The notes under the pieces were generated by a model, which was given only the letters and a program-made list of their open reading frames with translations, made no database searches and was not told the origin of the DNA. The position numbers and the translations under genes are program-made. A DNA stretch of 64,000 nucleotides from an uncultured Flavobacteriaceae bacterium (GTDB lineage Bacteria > Bacteroidota > Bacteroidia > Flavobacteriales > Flavobacteriaceae): NCBI GenBank assembly GCA_963715975.1, contig CAVQSO010000012.1:14407-78406 (forward strand), in the 5' to 3' direction. Below, one piece after another: positions 44,539-55,110 of this stretch. The first letter of the stretch is position 1. Each line of letters opens with the position of its first letter.

Positions 44539-45279
44539 ATGGCAAATTTTTCGAAATGGCTCGGAGCCGGTTTGGGGTGGACTTTTGCAGGACCGATAGG
44601 AGGCATTCTTGGTTTTGTTTTTGGCAGTTTTGTGGATGAATTCTCAGAAAGTGAGCTTCTTGATATGAACAGGAAGACAAGTAAAAAGCAATCAACTCAA
44701 TCAGGAGATTTTGAGATCAGTTTATTGGTGTTGGCCGCAATTGTTATTAAGTCTGACGGAGATGTTGATAAGCGAGAGCTTGATTTTGTAAGGTCTTCTT
44801 TTATCAGTATGTATGGCCAGGAGCGTGCTAATCATGCTTTTAAACTTTTTAAGGGGATCATTGCAAATAATAAGATTTCTACACGTCAGGTATGTTTGCA
44901 AATCAATAAGCATATGAACCATGCTTCAAGACTTCAGTTACTTCATTTTTTGTTTGGGGTTGCGAAGTCAGATGGAATGGTAACTGAAAATGAATTACAT
45001 AAGATCAATACCATAGCAGGTTATCTCAATATAAATCAGTATGACTTTAATTCGATTAAGGCCATGTTCTATAATGAAGTGGATAGTTCTTATAAAATAT
45101 TGGAAATTGATAAGTCAGCATCTGATGCTGAGGTAAAAACGGCCTACAGGAAAATGGTAAAAAAATACCATCCCGATAAACTCAGAAACCTGGGACCCGA
45201 GCATATCAAAGGAGCTGAAGATAAATTCAGACAGGTACAACATGCCTATGAGCATATTCAAAAAGAAAGGGGTATTTAG
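44539..45279 (+). CDS. djlA: DjlA-like co-chaperone (TerB-like plus C-terminal J domain)
   Basis: Gly-rich N-terminal TM, K.DG.V...E repeats, YRKMVKKYHPDK J domain. Confidence 0.85.
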   Translation: MANFSKWLGAGLGWTFAGPIGGILGFVFGSFVDEFSESELLDMNRKTSKKQSTQSGDFEISLLVLAAIVIKSDGDVDKRELDFVRSSFISMYGQERANHAFKLFKGIIANNKISTRQVCLQINKHMNHASRLQLLHFLFGVAKSDGMVTENELHKINTIAGYLNINQYDFNSIKAMFYNEVDSSYKILEIDKSASDAEVKTAYRKMVKKYHPDKLRNLGPEHIKGAEDKFRQVQHAYEHIQKERGI

Positions 45280-45281
45280 AA

Positions 45282-46178
45282 CTACCAGCTGAAGTGACTC
45301 TTATGTAGCGTTTCTAACAAATATTCATTGTACAAGGCTAGTCTAATCCAATAAGTAGCTTCCCAATCAGTCATATTAGGTTGTAAAAGAACGATTCTGT
45401 TTCTCGCTTCCGGGCCCTGATTAGTGAACGGGAGTTGTAATATTGCTTTGATATTTTTATCTTGAAAAACCGAATACCTTTTTAGTTTCACGTTAGATAC
45501 AACACTAAAATTTTTACCTCCGATTTCACCTAAGATTGTAAAATCACTTTTAGTTGAAATTGCCTTGTTTGCATCTAACTTAGCGTCCTGAGCAAGTTTG
45601 TTATTTTTTAGTTCCTGTAAAATTTCAAGAGGGTTTTGATTCATGATTGCATCAAGATTAGTATACTTAATCAATAGAAATTCACCAATTTTAGAGTCTC
45701 CTTTCATGATTTCACCTCGGATACCTTTATCCCAATAAATATGTGCTTCTTTATCTACTGACATGGAAAAGCCACCATCTTCATTGGAATTTCTTACCCT
45801 GTCTTTGAACATTGTTCCTTTACAATATAAATGTATCTTCCAGTTAAATTTATTTTCTTTACATCGAATATTTGATGTAATTTTCAAATCGATATCATTT
45901 TTTGTGTTTTCAACACCGATTCCCGAAACCATTGTTAGTAATCCTCTTCCGAAATCGCCAAAAACATGCTTTCCCTTTATTTGAATAGGTACCGGGTGAA
46001 AATCGGAAATACTTACTTTGTTTAGAAGCGCATCTTCTACTTTAAAAATCAATTCAGAATTGCTAATTTTTCTAATCTTAATTGTATCAAATACGATTCC
46101 ATTTGATTGTGCAAATACACAATGGTAACAACATATGAAAAGGAAAAGGGATGTTGATATTTTAGATCTTTTTATCAA
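45282..46178 (-). CDS. hypothetical secreted protein
   Basis: 298-codon ORF with a signal peptide-like start ending VFA-Q; no family recognised. Confidence 0.7.
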   Translation of the reverse strand: MIKRSKISTSLFLFICCYHCVFAQSNGIVFDTIKIRKISNSELIFKVEDALLNKVSISDFHPVPIQIKGKHVFGDFGRGLLTMVSGIGVENTKNDIDLKITSNIRCKENKFNWKIHLYCKGTMFKDRVRNSNEDGGFSMSVDKEAHIYWDKGIRGEIMKGDSKIGEFLLIKYTNLDAIMNQNPLEILQELKNNKLAQDAKLDANKAISTKSDFTILGEIGGKNFSVVSNVKLKRYSVFQDKNIKAILQLPFTNQGPEARNRIVLLQPNMTDWEATYWIRLALYNEYLLETLHKSHFSW

Positions 46179-46193
46179 ACTATTCAGTTTTAT

Positions 46194-48429
46194 TTATTCT
46201 CCGTCTTGATTCTCATTTAATTTGTCAGTTGGAAACAATTTGGGTTTGATCACATTTTCCAGAATACTCCATTTTTTTTCTTTTTTCTGATATGGATTTC
46301 CAAGAATCCATTGATCGTAAATCTTGTCAAAGGTGCCATCTTTTTTTCTGAAATCGATCCATTTGTCAATATAGCTTCTCCAGACATTGTCTCTTGCTAC
46401 TGGAAAAACCAAGCCAATGTTGATATGGTAAGGAAGTGGATTCACCACCTTATATTCTGGTTTGAGTACCGTTGTAGACGCCGCTCTTTCTGCACTTGTA
46501 AGATGTGCATCAAAAATAATTGAATCAATTTTACTACTGTCCTTTTCTACGAGTATCGCACCATCATGGTTGAAGAAATCATTCATTTGAGTAACTGGGT
46601 AAGCTCCTCCCTTAGGGAAATACGAAAGAAATTCTTTCGCAATCTCTTTTCTTTCAAGGTATGATATGGTAAACGTGTCTAGTTTAGAGGTGATGTCAAA
46701 ACTATCGAACATTTTGTTTTCTTGCCTTGTCAGTAAGGCAAGGGAAACATTTAAATAGGGTTTGGATAATTCCAGCTCCTCGGCATATCTGACTTGAAAG
46801 AAAGATATCAGACATGACAATATCATAGTGATCACCATTCATTTGTTCAATTAGTTTTCCCGGAACTATCGGATACAAACTCTATACTGGCATCCAGATC
46901 ATCTGCCAATTGATGGGCGAGATCGATTCCATATCCTACCAAAACACTGTCTTTGTTTTTAAAGGTAAATGGACCTGCTTGTTCATAAAAACCTATTCTG
47001 ATCTTTCCTCGACGTTTAATACGACTTAAGGTATTTTCACCTCGCCATTTTGGATTTGGATTCTTTTTAGGGGTTTCGAAGGACAACAAATTCCTGTTGA
47101 GGACTGATCAATTCGAAATGAATTTACAATTTCAAGATTTGTCGGAATATTTTTCATACTAACTTCCAAGATATATCGAAGTCCTATGACAGATACTGCA
47201 GTGCTGATACTTATGACAATAAGGCCTTGTATAAATTTTCTTTTTTTGAATTTAAGATAGCCGCCACTGGCAGAAATCGTAAGCAGGGTAAGCGCAATAA
47301 GATGAAAGGCGCCGAGTACTACCCTGATTCTATCGGTCAAAACGGTAGAAACAACAAAAAGTTGAAAGGTCTCTTTGGGGATTTTTAAGAGGTCTAAACT
47401 AAAAGGAAGACCGGTAATGGGAGCAACAAAACTACTCAGAAAAGTAGAACTCAAAAATATAGGATAATCCATAAACCCCATTGCTTTTCCTGTGAACCAG
47501 GCCGCAAATGGCACGAATATAAAGATCATAAAGGTTCCGAGATTTGGAAATGGATAGGCAAGTGGCATGATAATATCTACCCTATCCTGCCCTTCTTCGG
47601 TCCCATTTTCATCTGATCTGATAATCTCTTTGATATTTTCGATCAATTGAGGATAAACAACGATGATCTTACCAGTTGCAAATATGGTAATGAGCGTAGA
47701 CCGTGTTATTTTAAAAATGGTTTTAGAAGAATAAGGTGTAAAGATGGATATCAGATAAGGCAAGTACCAGAAAGGTAATCAGGATGACTGCAAGCAGGTA
47801 CACCAATAAATAACCCTGTAACCTGCTAAGGTCAGACCAGCTTAGAGTACTGACCACTCCGGCTGCTATACAGAAAACTCCAATAGGAGTTATTTTAATG
47901 ATCATTTTATTGACTTGATTTAAACCATCAGTAAGAACATCCAAGGGTTTAAGAAGCGCTTCCTTATTTGGCAGTTTCATCACACCCAGACCAATAAATA
48001 TACTGAATAAGACCACTGCTGGAACTACATTGTCACTCATCGATTCAAAAGGATTGGCAGGAATATAGAGTTTAACAAAATCAAAAGGCATATTGGGTTG
48101 AACGAAGTCACTACTGTAGAAATTGCCACTTGCCCATGTCGGAAAACTTAAGGGAAGAACAATGAAATAAATCAGACCCAATACTCAAAAGTAAAAACAA
48201 GAAAATAAGTCCGTAACGGATGATCTTTTTTCCAGTATCCATCGAAAGCCTCCCAATATTGACTATTAGAGAAAACATGATATAGGGTAAAACGGTCATT
48301 TGCAAGCAGTCCAATAAAAATATCACCCATAATACCCATCCAGGCTACTTCTTCACCAAAAAACAAACCGGTTAAAATACCAAATAAAACTCCAAGAAGT
48401 ACTTTGGTGGACAGAGAAAGGTTTTTCAT
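46194..48429 (-). CDS. dicarboxylate/amino acid:cation symporter apparently fused to a family-3 substrate-binding domain; about 5 frameshifts
   Basis: IPANPFESM, TPIGVF, PLAYPFPNLG, TDRIR (DAACS-like); TLSRIKRRGKIRIG...PF......GYGIDLA and DGTFDKIYDQW (PBPb), in six colinear overlapping or abutting fragments. Confidence 0.75.
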
Positions 48430-48654
48430 TGCAGTGAAATCGGTTTAGTGCAGTGTTAAGGATTTGTAATATTTTCTAAAAGTAGGAAATTTTCAAGAAT
48501 TTAATGTACTCTCAAGAAAGTGCAATCACGGAAGTAATTATTTATCCGGTTTCCATCTAAACTTATTCGAAATGAAGTATTGTAGAGAACCAAATTTTTA
48601 TAAGTCAAGGGTTGTCATGAAAGGATATTTTTAAATATCAACTATATTTGCCGC

Positions 48655-49698
48655 ATGTTAGAAGATAAGAATCAATCCAGAACATCCCTTTCAGAATTGG
48701 GGGAATTTAAGTTAATAGATCACCTTACCCAACACACAGTTATCCATCATAAGGATACCATTAAAGGAATTGGTGACGATTGTGCCGTTATTGGCCAGGG
48801 TGACATACAGACCCTTGTTACTACAGATCTTTTGGTTGAAGGTGTTCACTTTGATTTGAGTTATATGCCGCTTAAACATCTTGGTTATAAGGCTGTAATG
48901 GTTAATCTTTCTGATGTCTATGCCATGAATGGTCAGGCCAAACAGATTACGGTTTCCATAGCTGTTTCGAATAGGTTTCCATTGGAAGCCTTAGAAGAAT
49001 TATATGCCGGAATTCATCTGGCCTGTAACACCTATAAGGTTGATTTGGTGGGTGGAGATACCACATCATCAACAAAAGGCTTATTGATCAGTATCACAGC
49101 GATAGGTGAAGTGGAGAAGGAGAAATGCGCTTATAGAAACGGGGCAGGGTCTAATGATCTGCTTGTTGTTTCAGGCGACCTGGGAGCAGCATATCTTGGT
49201 TTACAGGTACTGGAAAGCGAGAAACAAGTGTTTCAGGTCAATCCGAATGCTGAACATGAATTAGACAAGTATACCTATTTGGTAGAACGTCAGTTAAAAC
49301 CTGAAGCCAGAAAAGATATCGTAAAATTATTGGCAGATCTTGAAGTACAGCCTACCTCTATGATCGATATATCGGATGGGCTCTCTTCTGAAATACTGCA
49401 TCTCTGTAAACAATCAAAAACAGGATGTCAATTGTATGAAGATAAAATCCCATTAGATCAACAGGTCATTTCGACTTGTGAAGAATTCAATATGGATAGT
49501 ACCACCATTGCATTAAGTGGAGGTGAGGATTATGAACTTTTGTTTACAGTGAAGCAGGAGGATTTTCCTAAAATTAAAGCGAATCCTAATTTAAGCATCA
49601 TTGGTCATATGACAGACGAGCCTGATCTTGTTCAATTGGTTACACGTGGCGGTCAAAAGGTTGATATTATTGCCCAGGGCTGGAATGCCATGAGCTAA
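48655..49698 (+). CDS. thiL: thiamine-phosphate kinase
   Basis: GEF.LI, GIGDDCA, EGVHF, NLSD.YAM, GGDT, IDISDGL, GGEDYEL. Confidence 0.95.
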   Translation: MLEDKNQSRTSLSELGEFKLIDHLTQHTVIHHKDTIKGIGDDCAVIGQGDIQTLVTTDLLVEGVHFDLSYMPLKHLGYKAVMVNLSDVYAMNGQAKQITVSIAVSNRFPLEALEELYAGIHLACNTYKVDLVGGDTTSSTKGLLISITAIGEVEKEKCAYRNGAGSNDLLVVSGDLGAAYLGLQVLESEKQVFQVNPNAEHELDKYTYLVERQLKPEARKDIVKLLADLEVQPTSMIDISDGLSSEILHLCKQSKTGCQLYEDKIPLDQQVISTCEEFNMDSTTIALSGGEDYELLFTVKQEDFPKIKANPNLSIIGHMTDEPDLVQLVTRGGQKVDIIAQGWNAMS

Positions 49699-49700
49699 GA

Positions 49701-50219
49701 TTATTTTTTATCAGTTTTGCGCTTTTTGGTTAAGCCATCATATTTAATGGTGGTTCTGAAATTACTGTTGACAGTGATAAGGGTATTTCCTCCTCTGAAT
49801 ATTGACATATTGAATTCATAGGTGTCGTTCTTGTCACTGGCTGAAAAATCAATAATTATTTTTTGTTTTTTGTCGTTAAAAGACGTTTTGAATTTACTTT
49901 TTGGACCTGAATAAACAATGCCGCCATCGGTTGTCATTGCAGCACCACCGGAAGAAGAGGAACCAAAATAGGGTAGATAAATATTCAAACTATCCTTGCT
50001 GAATTTTAAAAAATTGGCGTTTGATGTTAGGCTAATTCTTCTACCCTGAGTTGTGGTTGCCCAATCTGCCTGAAAATCAAACTCGCCGCTTTCAATTAAG
50101 GCCTTCATTTCCTGATATTCCTGTAAAGCTTTTTCCTTCTTTTGTTCTTTCTGTGATTGGCCGGAAATAGTGAAACTTATCAAGAACGCTAATAGCATTA
50201 AAACAAGGTTTTTTTTCAT
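49701..50219 (-). CDS. DUF4251-like secreted protein
   Basis: Signal peptide, F.F.A.....GR, LPYFG, GGI motifs. Confidence 0.75.
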   Translation of the reverse strand: MKKNLVLMLLAFLISFTISGQSQKEQKKEKALQEYQEMKALIESGEFDFQADWATTTQGRRISLTSNANFLKFSKDSLNIYLPYFGSSSSGGAAMTTDGGIVYSGPKSKFKTSFNDKKQKIIIDFSASDKNDTYEFNMSIFRGGNTLITVNSNFRTTIKYDGLTKKRKTDKK

Positions 50220-50266
50220 GATTCAGATATAATAGTTGAAAAGACAAAGATCATTAAAATTAGTGA

Positions 50267-50899
50267 TTATTTTGAAAAGGTGATGACGCGCTGGTTGATT
50301 TTAACATCATTAAGCAAGTAGTTATTTTTGATCCAACGTATCGTTTCAGCCTGATAAATAAATACATGTGAAGGATCGTTTTTATAATACCATGTATCAA
50401 AATCAATACCCTCATCAAAGAGATGCGTTTTGCAGATCAGTTTTCCCTTTGGGCCCAGAGTTTGGAACAATTTCTGAAACTCATAAGCGGGGTTGTAGAA
50501 GTGTTCTATCACTTCACAACAAACAATAAAATCGTACTGATCATTCATCACTGACTCGTCCTTAAAAAAAATCGGGTCAAATACAGACATACCATAGCCT
50601 TCTTTTATGAGGTAATTCGAAAGAACGGGAGTGTGGCCACAACCAAAATCAAGACCCTTGGCACCTTGTGTCATATGCAGTTTAACCTGATTGATGATCG
50701 GAAGCACAAATTGGTAATAGCCTTTGTCTTCCATATCATTCCTGTGATGAAGGTATCGTTCTTTTTCGTTTTCAACACTCAGAAATTGATTGCTGTCCCG
50801 AAATAGCCCAAGGCATGTTGGGCATAATAGAAAGTGATGTTTTGAATCTTTAAAGAAGGTGTCTGCATCAGCAGCGCAAAGTGGACAATGATGTTTCAT
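50267..50899 (-). CDS. class I SAM-dependent methyltransferase with N-terminal Zn finger
   Basis: CPLC...CPTC, LDFGCG, EVIEH, WYY..DP.H. Confidence 0.88.
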   Translation of the reverse strand: MKHHCPLCAADADTFFKDSKHHFLLCPTCLGLFRDSNQFLSVENEKERYLHHRNDMEDKGYYQFVLPIINQVKLHMTQGAKGLDFGCGHTPVLSNYLIKEGYGMSVFDPIFFKDESVMNDQYDFIVCCEVIEHFYNPAYEFQKLFQTLGPKGKLICKTHLFDEGIDFDTWYYKNDPSHVFIYQAETIRWIKNNYLLNDVKINQRVITFSK

Positions 50900-50906
50900 A
50901 AACGGT

Positions 50907-51707
50907 TCATTGTAATTTTTTGGTTGTTCTGGGCGAGAGCCATTTGGATAAAACTTCTATCAATTCCTTCTTGTTCTCTATATGACTCATATGACCATCT
51001 TCAAAAACAACTTTTTGAACATGCCCTTTTTTTGCTTGCGCTAACAAACTATTGAAATCGAGGGCGGGATCTTTTTTGCCGATGATCATCAGTATGGGAA
51101 AATCATCCTGATCAAGTATAAAGGTTCTTTCTGCTCTTATTTTCATCCCTTCAAGGGCAGCAATGATTCCTTGTTGGCTCATGTTTAAAGCTTCCTTCGT
51201 AATTTCCTCAATTTCATCTGAAAAGATGGATTGGTTTTCTTCAGAGAATAAGCCAGGAATGGCGATTCTGATAAAAGTTTTGTGGTTCTGTTTGACCGCC
51301 ACGATGCCCCTGTCTCTATTTATTTTTTTTTCGGCGTCATCGGCCATAGCCGTTGAATTCATAAGACATAGTCCCATAATACAGTTTCTATAAAGATCAG
51401 CAAAAGCCAATGCCACATAACCACCCATACTGTGCCCGATCAAATAACACTTTTCGATTCCCAGATCGTCGAGCAAGAATTTAAGCATTTCCGCTTGAGC
51501 TTCCATGCTGTGTATATATCCTAAATTTCCCGTTTTCCCATGACCAAGAAGATCCATACAAATCACCCTATGTGTTTTTTCAAATGCAGCGGCAACATCT
51601 TTCCACATGCTTTTTTCTTCAAGAAATCCATGCAAAAGAACCAATGGTTCTCCGCTTCCTTGATCACTGTAATGAAGATTGAGATTCTTATAGGATAGAT
51701 CTGACAT
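50907..51707 (-). CDS. alpha/beta fold hydrolase
   Basis: LLHGF, DLLGHG, GHSMGG nucleophile elbow, GH.SH.E. Confidence 0.9.
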   Translation of the reverse strand: MSDLSYKNLNLHYSDQGSGEPLVLLHGFLEEKSMWKDVAAAFEKTHRVICMDLLGHGKTGNLGYIHSMEAQAEMLKFLLDDLGIEKCYLIGHSMGGYVALAFADLYRNCIMGLCLMNSTAMADDAEKKINRDRGIVAVKQNHKTFIRIAIPGLFSEENQSIFSDEIEEITKEALNMSQQGIIAALEGMKIRAERTFILDQDDFPILMIIGKKDPALDFNSLLAQAKKGHVQKVVFEDGHMSHIENKKELIEVLSKWLSPRTTKKLQ

Positions 51708-51759
51708 CTTTGAATTGTTGATAAGCTAATTTACATTATATTTATCAAAACCTTTATAA

Positions 51760-53055
51760 ATGAATAGAACCAAAGAAACCTTTGTACTGGGCTTCGCCAT
51801 TTTCGCCTCATTTTTTGGAGCCGGGAATTTGATACTCCCTCCTATGATCGGTTTTAATGCCGGTCCTGATTGGTGGCTGGTTTCCATTGGTTTTTTAAGC
51901 TCGACTACAGTTATTCCCTTACTTGCACTTTTAGGTTTTGCACGTTTACAAGGGTACCATGATGGATTTTAGTCAAAAAGTTTCTTCTAAATTTAGTCTG
52001 ATTTTTAGTATTCGGTTTATACGGTATTGCCGTTGTTTTAGCCTGCCCCAGAACAGCAGCGGTGACACATGAAATGGCCATTCAGCCCTATTTTGAAACA
52101 GATTCTTTACTTACAAGCAGCATTTATTTTTCGCTTGTTTTTGTCTTTGCGATCAACAGGGGTAAAGTCATGGAGGTTTTAGGTAAATATTTGTCCCCAA
52201 TTATTGGCATTATTATCTTGACTATCATTGGAATTGGTCTGTTTGCTCCGTCGGAGATGATGCTTGAAGGGAAGTATAATAGCCCTTATATCAATGGCTT
52301 TTTGGAAGGATACCAAACCTATGATGCCTTGGCAGGATTAATTATGGGAGGTGTGATGGTCATTACAGTAAAAAATTCAAAAAACTATGTCACTGATCAT
52401 GATAAAAAAATAATGATTGCAAGATCTTCTTTTATTGCCATGATGGGACTGCTCATTATTTATGTCGGGATGATCTTTTTAGGTGCAAAATATAATGCTG
52501 TATTCGACGCTTCGATGAGCCGACCACAGTTGCTTAGTGGATTAGCCAACGAGACGCTTGGGAGTTTAGGGAACGCTTTTCTCTCCGTTTTGGTTGCCTT
52601 GGCTTGTTTTACAACTGCTGTCAGCATCATCGTTGGAACAGCCGACTTTTTTAAAGATCTTTTTAATAACTCTAAAAAGGCTTATGTCATCACAGCTGCT
52701 ATTTCAGTGATCATTGGAATTATAATGGGTCAGTTTGAAGTTAAATTCATTATTGACCTGGCTGTATATGTCCTGATGTTTCTATATCCGATTGTCAATC
52801 GCTCTGATATTTCTGAATCTCTTTCCTGAAAAATATGGGAGTCAGGCGGTATTCAGAATCGTAGTTGGTATTGCCTTTGTATTTAGCATTCCCGATTTTC
52901 TTAAATTCCTGATTCCTCCGGAAAATCTTGAATTCATTTACAATAATATTCCTTTCTCAAGAGAAGGAATGGGCTGGGTACTGCCGTCGATCATAGGATT
53001 TTTGACCGTAAATGCTGTCAAATGGAAGCAAGATACCAAAGCTAAAGAATCATAA
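51760..53055 (+). CDS. brnQ: branched-chain amino acid transporter BrnQ; several frameshifts
   Basis: FA.FFGAGNLI.PP, PRTAA, GFLEGYQT.DALA, LACFTTA, LYP. Confidence 0.88.
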
Positions 53056-53078
53056 AAATTTGATATACTGAATGCCTT

Positions 53079-54371
53079 TTATCCGGCCATCCATTTTTCA
53101 ATATCCTCTATTTCAATAGGGATGTTTTTCATCAAATTGATCGGCTCCCCGGATTCCTGAATCACATAGTCATCTTCAAGTCTTATTCCCAGATTTTCTT
53201 CCGGAATATAAATACCAGGTTCTACAGTAAATACCATGCCTGCGACCATTGGTTCTGTCAGAATACCATAGTCATGCGTGTCAAGCCCCATATGGTGAGA
53301 AGTGCCATGCATAAAGTATTTTTTATAGGCCGGCCAGTTTGGATCTTCCTTGTCAACATCTTCCTTGGAAATAAGGCCCAGACCTAATAATTCTTTGGTC
53401 ATGAGTTTGCCGACTTCAACATGGTAATCAGCCCAAATGGTGCCGGGAACCAGCATTTTCGCAGCTGCGTTCTTAACTCTGAGTACGGCATTGTATACTT
53501 CTTTTTGTCTTTCTGAAAATTTTCCGGATACAGGAACACATCTGGTCATATCGCTGGCATAATTGGCATATTCAGCACCAACATCCATCAAAACAACTTC
53601 CCCTTCTTTACAAGGTTGATTGTTTTCTATATAATGTAAAACACAGGCATTGTATCCTGAACCTATGATGGGCGTATAAGCGAAGCCTGCAGATCTGTTT
53701 CTCACAAATTCATGGATAAATTCTGCCTCTACTTCATATTCCATGACCCCAGGTTTCATAAATCCTAAAACCCTTTTAAAACCCTTTTCGGTAATATCGC
53801 AGGCCTTTTGTATCATTTCGATTTCCTGAGGTTCTTTCACAGATCTTAATCTTTGCATGATGGGTTGGCACCTTTTATAGCTATGAGCCGGATATTTCTC
53901 TTTTAGCCATTTGATAAACCTTGCATCTCTGGTTTCTGTTTCCACATTGGCACGATAATGTTCATTGGTATTTATATAAACAGTCTCAGCCTGAGTCATC
54001 AATTCAAACAATATCTTTTCCATGTCCTGCAACCAATAAACCGTTGAAATACCTGATGTCTCAAGCGCTTTTTCTTTATCCAGTTTTTCTCCTTCCCAAA
54101 CGGCAATGTGTTCGTTGGTTTCCTTTAAAAACAGGATTTCTCGATTCTCCTTTTTAGGGCAATCCGGAAAGATCACCAAAACACTCTCTTCCTGATCAAC
54201 ACCAGACAGATAAAGAATATCCCTATGCTGAGCAAATGGCAGGGTGCTGTCTGCACTTATCGGATATATGTCATTTGAATTGAATATAGCCATTGAATTC
54301 GGAGCCATTTTTTTTGCAAATTTCGCTCTGTTCTTTATAAAAAGTTGTCTGTCAATCGGAAGATATTTCAT
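53079..54371 (-). CDS. pepP: Xaa-Pro aminopeptidase (M24B)
   Basis: LHY, MDVGAE..YASD.TR, HGTSHH.GLDTHD, TVEPGIY, GIRLEDD. Confidence 0.92.
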   Translation of the reverse strand: MKYLPIDRQLFIKNRAKFAKKMAPNSMAIFNSNDIYPISADSTLPFAQHRDILYLSGVDQEESVLVIFPDCPKKENREILFLKETNEHIAVWEGEKLDKEKALETSGISTVYWLQDMEKILFELMTQAETVYINTNEHYRANVETETRDARFIKWLKEKYPAHSYKRCQPIMQRLRSVKEPQEIEMIQKACDITEKGFKRVLGFMKPGVMEYEVEAEFIHEFVRNRSAGFAYTPIIGSGYNACVLHYIENNQPCKEGEVVLMDVGAEYANYASDMTRCVPVSGKFSERQKEVYNAVLRVKNAAAKMLVPGTIWADYHVEVGKLMTKELLGLGLISKEDVDKEDPNWPAYKKYFMHGTSHHMGLDTHDYGILTEPMVAGMVFTVEPGIYIPEENLGIRLEDDYVIQESGEPINLMKNIPIEIEDIEKWMAG

Positions 54372-54475
54372 ACTTGGAGTGATTTTTTCTTTGTTTATCA
54401 AAATTAGGAATTTTAGAAAGACTTTAGGGCTAAAAAAGAAAAATTAAGACATCATTCTTTTAGTATCTTTAGATA

Positions 54476-55096
54476 ATGAATAAAATGAGTTTTATAAGTA
54501 TCTTATTTATTTTTCTTAGTCTTCAACTGTTTGGCCAAACCAAAGAAAAGCGCTTTTCGGCATTGAGCAGCCCTGAAAAATGGTGGGTTGTTGGGCATCC
54601 TTTTAAAGCAAAAAGAGCCTTGGAAGTAACTCTAAGAACTCTGGAAATCACAGATTCAATTAAAAAAACGGGCTTAATAGGAGTCGATATGAATGGCGGT
54701 GAACTGGATGCTTTTAAGCACAGCTTCTGGATCGCGAGTATGAGTCATTATATAGGCCAGAAGGCGTCTCTAAAACTGGGCAAGGCACATGAAAAGGGGA
54801 ATTACAGATCTTTTCTTAAAGGCGGTCAGGAAGATGGTGTTTTACCGGACAAGGTTTCCTCAGATATGGATCTGTTTAATAACCAGGCAGGTGCACAAAT
54901 AGCTACCGATCATCCGAAGGCCTCAGAAGATGAATTAATACAGTTAATCATAGAGAAACTTCAGCATGGAGGCCTCAAAACCATCAAAAAAGATGGAAAC
55001 GTTTTTTTGACCTGCCAGGGAGTTCCTATTCCTGAGGCATCTTTAATTGGCAACTGGGAAAATGACAAATGCCTGATCCCTTCAAATGAACCTTAA
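54476..55096 (+). CDS. secreted hypothetical protein (DUF6973-like)
   Basis: Signal peptide; DAFKH..W, AHE and MDLFNN motifs. Confidence 0.7.
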   Translation: MNKMSFISILFIFLSLQLFGQTKEKRFSALSSPEKWWVVGHPFKAKRALEVTLRTLEITDSIKKTGLIGVDMNGGELDAFKHSFWIASMSHYIGQKASLKLGKAHEKGNYRSFLKGGQEDGVLPDKVSSDMDLFNNQAGAQIATDHPKASEDELIQLIIEKLQHGGLKTIKKDGNVFLTCQGVPIPEASLIGNWENDKCLIPSNEP

Positions 55097-55110
55097 TTTT
55101 TACCTGTTTC

